In this document: piece by piece, positions 60,654 through 64,000 of the stretch
Position numbering within the stretch: the first letter of the stretch is position 1
How the letters are laid out: every line of letters starts with the position of its first letter
Source of the DNA: Candidatus Omnitrophota bacterium
GTDB lineage: Bacteria; Omnitrophota; Omnitrophia; Omnitrophales; Aquincolibacteriaceae
Assembly (NCBI GenBank): GCA_022709525.1
Contig: JAKLIQ010000008.1
Span: 18,917 to 82,916 of the forward strand
Direction of reading: 5' to 3'
DNA: 64,000 bases
Position numbers and translations under genes: made by a program
Notes under the pieces: generated by a model
What the model saw: only the letters and a program-made list of their open reading frames with translations
The model's database searches: none
Told to the model about the DNA's origin: nothing

Positions 60654-61033
60654 ATATTCCTTTGGAGAACAAGTAAAAGAGTAGAGGGTATCCTAACAAC
60701 AACCTCTTTTTTTGTCAAAACCTGTTTTCCTAAGTCATTCATTATCATTGACTTACAAAGCGGGCCTTGACAGGACGCTCCCGGAAGGTTAGCTTTAGTG
60801 TGAGAGGCCTTATAAGTTGTTTCTTTGATAATGAGGGCGATTGAGGAACGGGCACGGCAACCCCGTTGGGATCAGCCCTCCCAAAAGCTAAAGCCCCGAC
60901 GTGAGCAAAGCAGCCACGGCCTATAGGGTTTCGCCTGACGAGCAATGCGTTGTTTTATCTTAATAATATTGCTAGGGAAAGCGGAATTCTTAAACTCACA
61001 GTTGGGGCTTTTTTTGTCCCGACTTATTTTATG

Positions 61034-62011
61034 CTAGACGGGCTTCGCGGCCTTTGATTTTAAGAAGGGCCCCAGCTGGTCTAAGGCGTCCATGATATTG
61101 ACCGGTACGGCCAGCACCACTGTATTGGATGCGGTAGGTCCCAGACCATCGATCGTCTGAAGGGTCCTGAGCTGCATGGCTCCCGGGCTTTCAGCCATGG
61201 TTTTAGCCGCTAAAGCAAGATTGGACGCTGCTTCACGATCCCCTTCGGCCTTGGTGATGGTCGCGCGTTTTTCACGCTCGGCCGACGCTTGACGCGACAT
61301 CATCTTCTTAAGTTCCTCCGGCATATCGATATCCTGGATGCGGATGCCGGTCACTTCAAGCCCCCACGCCTCGGTATCTTTTTCCACGTTCGCTTCTATT
61401 TTTTTGCCGATCTCTTCGCGTTCCGTCAGTAATTGATCCAAAGTCATTTGCCCGATCACATCACGAAGCGAGGTTTGGGCGTATTGCGAGATCGCGTAAC
61501 GGTAATCCTGGACCTTGATGATCGCGTTTCCCGGATCATCCACTTTAAAAAAGATGACGCCGTTGATCTTCACCGGCACGTTATCTTTTGTGATCACTTG
61601 TTGCGCGGGAATATCCATCGTGAGGACGCGCATATCGATCTTGCGGACTTCTTCGATGACCGGAATAATAAAAAACAGGCCCGGCCCTGAAATGCGGCTG
61701 AATTTGCCAAGCTGAAAAACAACACCTTTTTCCCACTGCGCCGCCATCTGAACGCCTGAAGCGACCACCATGGATACAAAGAACCAAACCATGCCAAGAA
61801 ATCCTCCCAAAGCCTGGTTTATCGCAAAAATAGGCGCTCCCACGAAAAAACCGAGAATAAGAAGCGCGACAAAGATAAGCCCTGCGATCGGATTGTTCAT
61901 AGAAGCTCCTCCTGAAGAAGATGAAAAGTTTCTGGTGATGGTTGGACGGGATGCCGGTTGATTTTTCCTTAAGGATTCAACGAGCTCAAAAAAATCAGAG
62001 TCTTTTTCCAT
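61034..62011 (-). CDS. SPFH/band-7 (stomatin/slipin-like) membrane protein
   Basis: N-terminal TM hairpin then an SPFH domain (QQVITKDNVPVKINGVIFFKV...YAISQYAQTSLRDVIG). The start is probably at MNNPIAG. Confidence 0.8.
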   Translation of the reverse strand: MEKDSDFFELVESLRKNQPASRPTITRNFSSSSGGASMNNPIAGLIFVALLILGFFVGAPIFAINQALGGFLGMVWFFVSMVVASGVQMAAQWEKGVVFQLGKFSRISGPGLFFIIPVIEEVRKIDMRVLTMDIPAQQVITKDNVPVKINGVIFFKVDDPGNAIIKVQDYRYAISQYAQTSLRDVIGQMTLDQLLTEREEIGKKIEANVEKDTEAWGLEVTGIRIQDIDMPEELKKMMSRQASAEREKRATITKAEGDREAASNLALAAKTMAESPGAMQLRTLQTIDGLGPTASNTVVLAVPVNIMDALDQLGPFLKSKAAKPV

Positions 62012-62104
62012 AAAAACTCCCCGCTGTTCACAGGAACAACGGGGAGGATTCTAACTCGGGGTGAAGATTATGGCAAATCCAATTCCCTGCCCCAGAAAAT
62101 CTCT

Positions 62105-64000
62105 TTAGGCCAGACCCTTGATTTCGATGCGAAGATCGCCCACCTCATTACCAGCGCTCACTGAGCTGGTGTCCACGCCGAAATGGATCTTTTTCACATG
62201 CGCGAGGTCGACGGAACTTCCCGCAAGCGAGGTGAGAAATTTATAGTAACTGCGAGTGACATCGACGTTTTGCGCGTAGTAGGTGGCGCGATGGCCGCTT
62301 GTGTCTTCGATCTCGAATTTGACCATACCCGCCTTGGATGAATCAAGGCCGAAAACAATCTGCGAAAGTCCGGAAACGTTCGCGCTGCTTCCGTTATTCA
62401 ACGGATCAAAGTTGACAGACAGTTCGGCGAACGCATTGGCCGCGGAAAGATCGAAGTGAAGCTGGAACACGCTTGCCGAAATGCGCGTCAGCGTGCTGCT
62501 CGGCGAAGAGCTCGCGAGCTGACCGACAGGATTGTTTGGTAGCGTGGTCACGTTCCCGGAACCAACGCTTCCGTCGGGAAGAAGATTCTGCGCCGATGGC
62601 ACATGCTGGAACACCATCGCATGGATCCTGAAATCCCCTCCGGTCGCATCACCGCCCGCGGCAGGATCAACCACTAAACGAACCTCTCGGACATTGCCAA
62701 GAATGGTTTGATTCGGGAGGTCGATCACGATAGTTTCATATGCCGCCCCTTCGACCAGCGTCACATTGGTCTGGTAGAGAAGTTGATCGGCAGCGTCTCT
62801 AAACTCAAGACGTACGGTTTGCGGTGAATTCACAGCCGAATAATGAAAGAACAGCTGATTGGCCTGGGCATCATAAGTCTGATTCAATTCCCAATAGTGT
62901 CCGCTCGCTACACCGCCTAGATCGCCATAGACGAGGCGAACGCCATAATCCTGCGTGGTGGCCACTTGGAAGTTCGGTGAAGAGCCCGTGATCGTCCCCT
63001 CGGATGAGAAATTACCAAAAACTCCGAGAGAGCGATCCGGAAATTCCGGAGCGTCCGCGGGGTCTGTTCCGGCGCGAACCACATTCGCCAGAAGATGGCT
63101 CATTTCATCATAGAGCTCGTTGTAACCGGCTTCAAGACCGCGGTTCCGCAGATAAGTCTCAAAATCCGCGCCGCCCTGCCCCTTCAATCCAAGGACGGTC
63201 GATGCTACATCGATCCCGATGTGGGTCAAGGCGATCTCGCTTCCGGACCTCGCTGAATCATAGAATCCGTAAGTGCCGTTCATGCCATAGAGGTAATCGA
63301 TCGCATCCAGCCAGCCGAGCACCGCGTAAATATCAACATTCGCTGCGCTGGCAAGCGCATAAGTGGAGCCAACATCGATTAAGAGGTTGTTGTTGTAGGT
63401 CATGTTATGCTCCGCAACCTGCGGGATCCCGATGTGCCCCGTATAAGACCCGTCCGGCGGTGTTGCGGCCGAAAGAATGCCGGGGATCCGGTTCTGATAC
63501 GAATAATCCAGTTGCGTTACAAGCTGGTTGTAGAGGGCGTTGCGAAACCCGATAAAATTCATCTCGTTATTGCGAAGCGAGGGCCAGAACGTCTGGAACG
63601 CAGCGCCATCCCAAGAAGCAAGATTCACAACATTATCTCCATCACGATCGACATAATTATCGTTTGTGACAATAACAAGGTTATCCCAAACCGTATCGGG
63701 GATGGCCGGATAGCGCATCACAAGGAATGCGACCGCGCCGCGGAACTCGTTCGCTAGCCGGTCAATTTCGTAAGTAGTATTGGGTGCTCCCGTCAATCTA
63801 TTGATTTCTCCATAAAAAAGCCCCGTAGCAGGATTGACCAAGGATGCTGAGGTGTATCCCGCCGCTTGATTGTTCAGGAACTGGTCGGCCTGGGCAATGA
63901 CCGTCTGAGCAAGCGTGAGATCCGACCCGCTCAATCCGGAACCTTCCAAAGCGCCGATCATCACGGCTACGCTCTGAGAAAGATTGGCATTATCCCCGAT
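62105..64000 (-). CDS. Large exported protein of unknown function, 5'-truncated by the window edge
   Basis: The frame stays open from 63964 to the window end (...IGDNANLSQSVAVMMIGALEG), so the N-terminus lies outside the window. At least 630 aa of Gly/Asn/Ser/Thr/Tyr-rich beta-type composition typical of secreted proteins. No family assigned. Confidence 0.5.
   Translation of the reverse strand: MGDNANLSQSVAVMIGALEGSGLSGSDLTLAQTVIAQADQFLNNQAAGYTSASLVNPATGLFYGEINRLTGAPNTTYEIDRLANEFRGAVAFLVMRYPAIPDTVWDNLVIVTNDNYVDRDGDNVVNLASWDGAAFQTFWPSLRNNEMNFIGFRNALYNQLVTQLDYSYQNRIPGILSAATPPDGSYTGHIGIPQVAEHNMTYNNNLLIDVGSTYALASAANVDIYAVLGWLDAIDYLYGMNGTYGFYDSARSGSEIALTHIGIDVASTVLGLKGQGGADFETYLRNRGLEAGYNELYDEMSHLLANVVRAGTDPADAPEFPDRSLGVFGNFSSEGTITGSSPNFQVATTQDYGVRLVYGDLGGVASGHYWELNQTYDAQANQLFFHYSAVNSPQTVRLEFRDAADQLLYQTNVTLVEGAAYETIVIDLPNQTILGNVREVRLVVDPAAGGDATGGDFRIHAMVFQHVPSAQNLLPDGSVGSGNVTTLPNNPVGQLASSSPSSTLTRISASVFQLHFDLSAANAFAELSVNFDPLNNGSSANVSGLSQIVFGLDSSKAGMVKFEIEDTSGHRATYYAQNVDVTRSYYKFLTSLAGSSVDLAHVKKIHFGVDTSSVSAGNEVGDLRIEIKGLA

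Noticed and set aside
60654-61033. Possible FMN riboswitch, SRP RNA or RNase P RNA in the ribBA upstream region
   Set aside because: Manual comparison with conserved cores (RFN GGGTGAAATTCCC/CCGGCGGTA; 4.5S GGAAGGAAGCAGCC; RNase P GGAAAGTCCGGGC and ACAGAACCCGGCTTA) gave only short chance matches (for example ACAGGACGCTCCCGGAAGG). The region is reported only as an unexplained leader.

Overview
This 64 kb window is a dense bacterial chromosomal segment at roughly 55-60% GC. Every credible gene (about 70 CDS and 2 tRNAs) is on the minus strand, and the plus-strand ORFs in the track are antisense artefacts. The content is mostly housekeeping. Reading from high to low coordinate in transcription order, the window holds: a partial large exported protein; an SPFH/band-7 protein; a riboflavin operon (ribBA-ribH-nusB-ribD-ribE) that runs straight into a partner-switching pair (RsbW-like kinase plus STAS protein); an mlaE-mlaF-mlaD operon followed by a small secreted protein; trxB; the rplU-rpmA-obg-proB-proA-nadD block; two CNNM/CorC-type transporters; a truncated dcw cluster (mraZ-STAS-rsmH-ftsL-ftsI) that ends at tRNA-Pro; ligA; a 1204-aa surface protein with multiple CARDB domains; a Xer-type recombinase beside tRNA-Glu; a nine-gene purine operon (purB-C-S-Q-L-F-M-D-E); a tsaC::LMW-PTP fusion with rpiB, glyA and nrdR; a SWIB-domain protein; and aroA with mreB-mreC-mreD-mrdA. 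The most unusual locus is at 38.4-41.6 kb. It encodes a ParA/MinD-type ATPase fused to a C-terminal glycogen-binding-type domain (AMPK-beta GBD/CBM48-like), followed by a paralogous-looking protein with a degenerate Walker A motif, an unknown protein and a coiled-coil zinc-ribbon protein. This looks like an undescribed ParA-type positioning module. Other notable items are: a 526-aa coiled-coil protein with an N-terminal domain resembling the ribosomal L7/L12 C-terminal domain; two separate pairs of tandemly duplicated small secreted proteins, one pair being extreme Lys/Glu/Ala repeat proteins; a STAS protein embedded in the dcw operon; and a 380-nt unexplained leader upstream of ribBA with no recognisable FMN riboswitch. 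The lineage cannot be determined from sequence alone. The SWIB domain, CARDB proteins and the truncated dcw cluster are compatible with a PVC-type or candidate-phylum organism, but that is speculative. Start coordinates are approximate because the ORF track uses the longest ORF and includes GTG/TTG starts.
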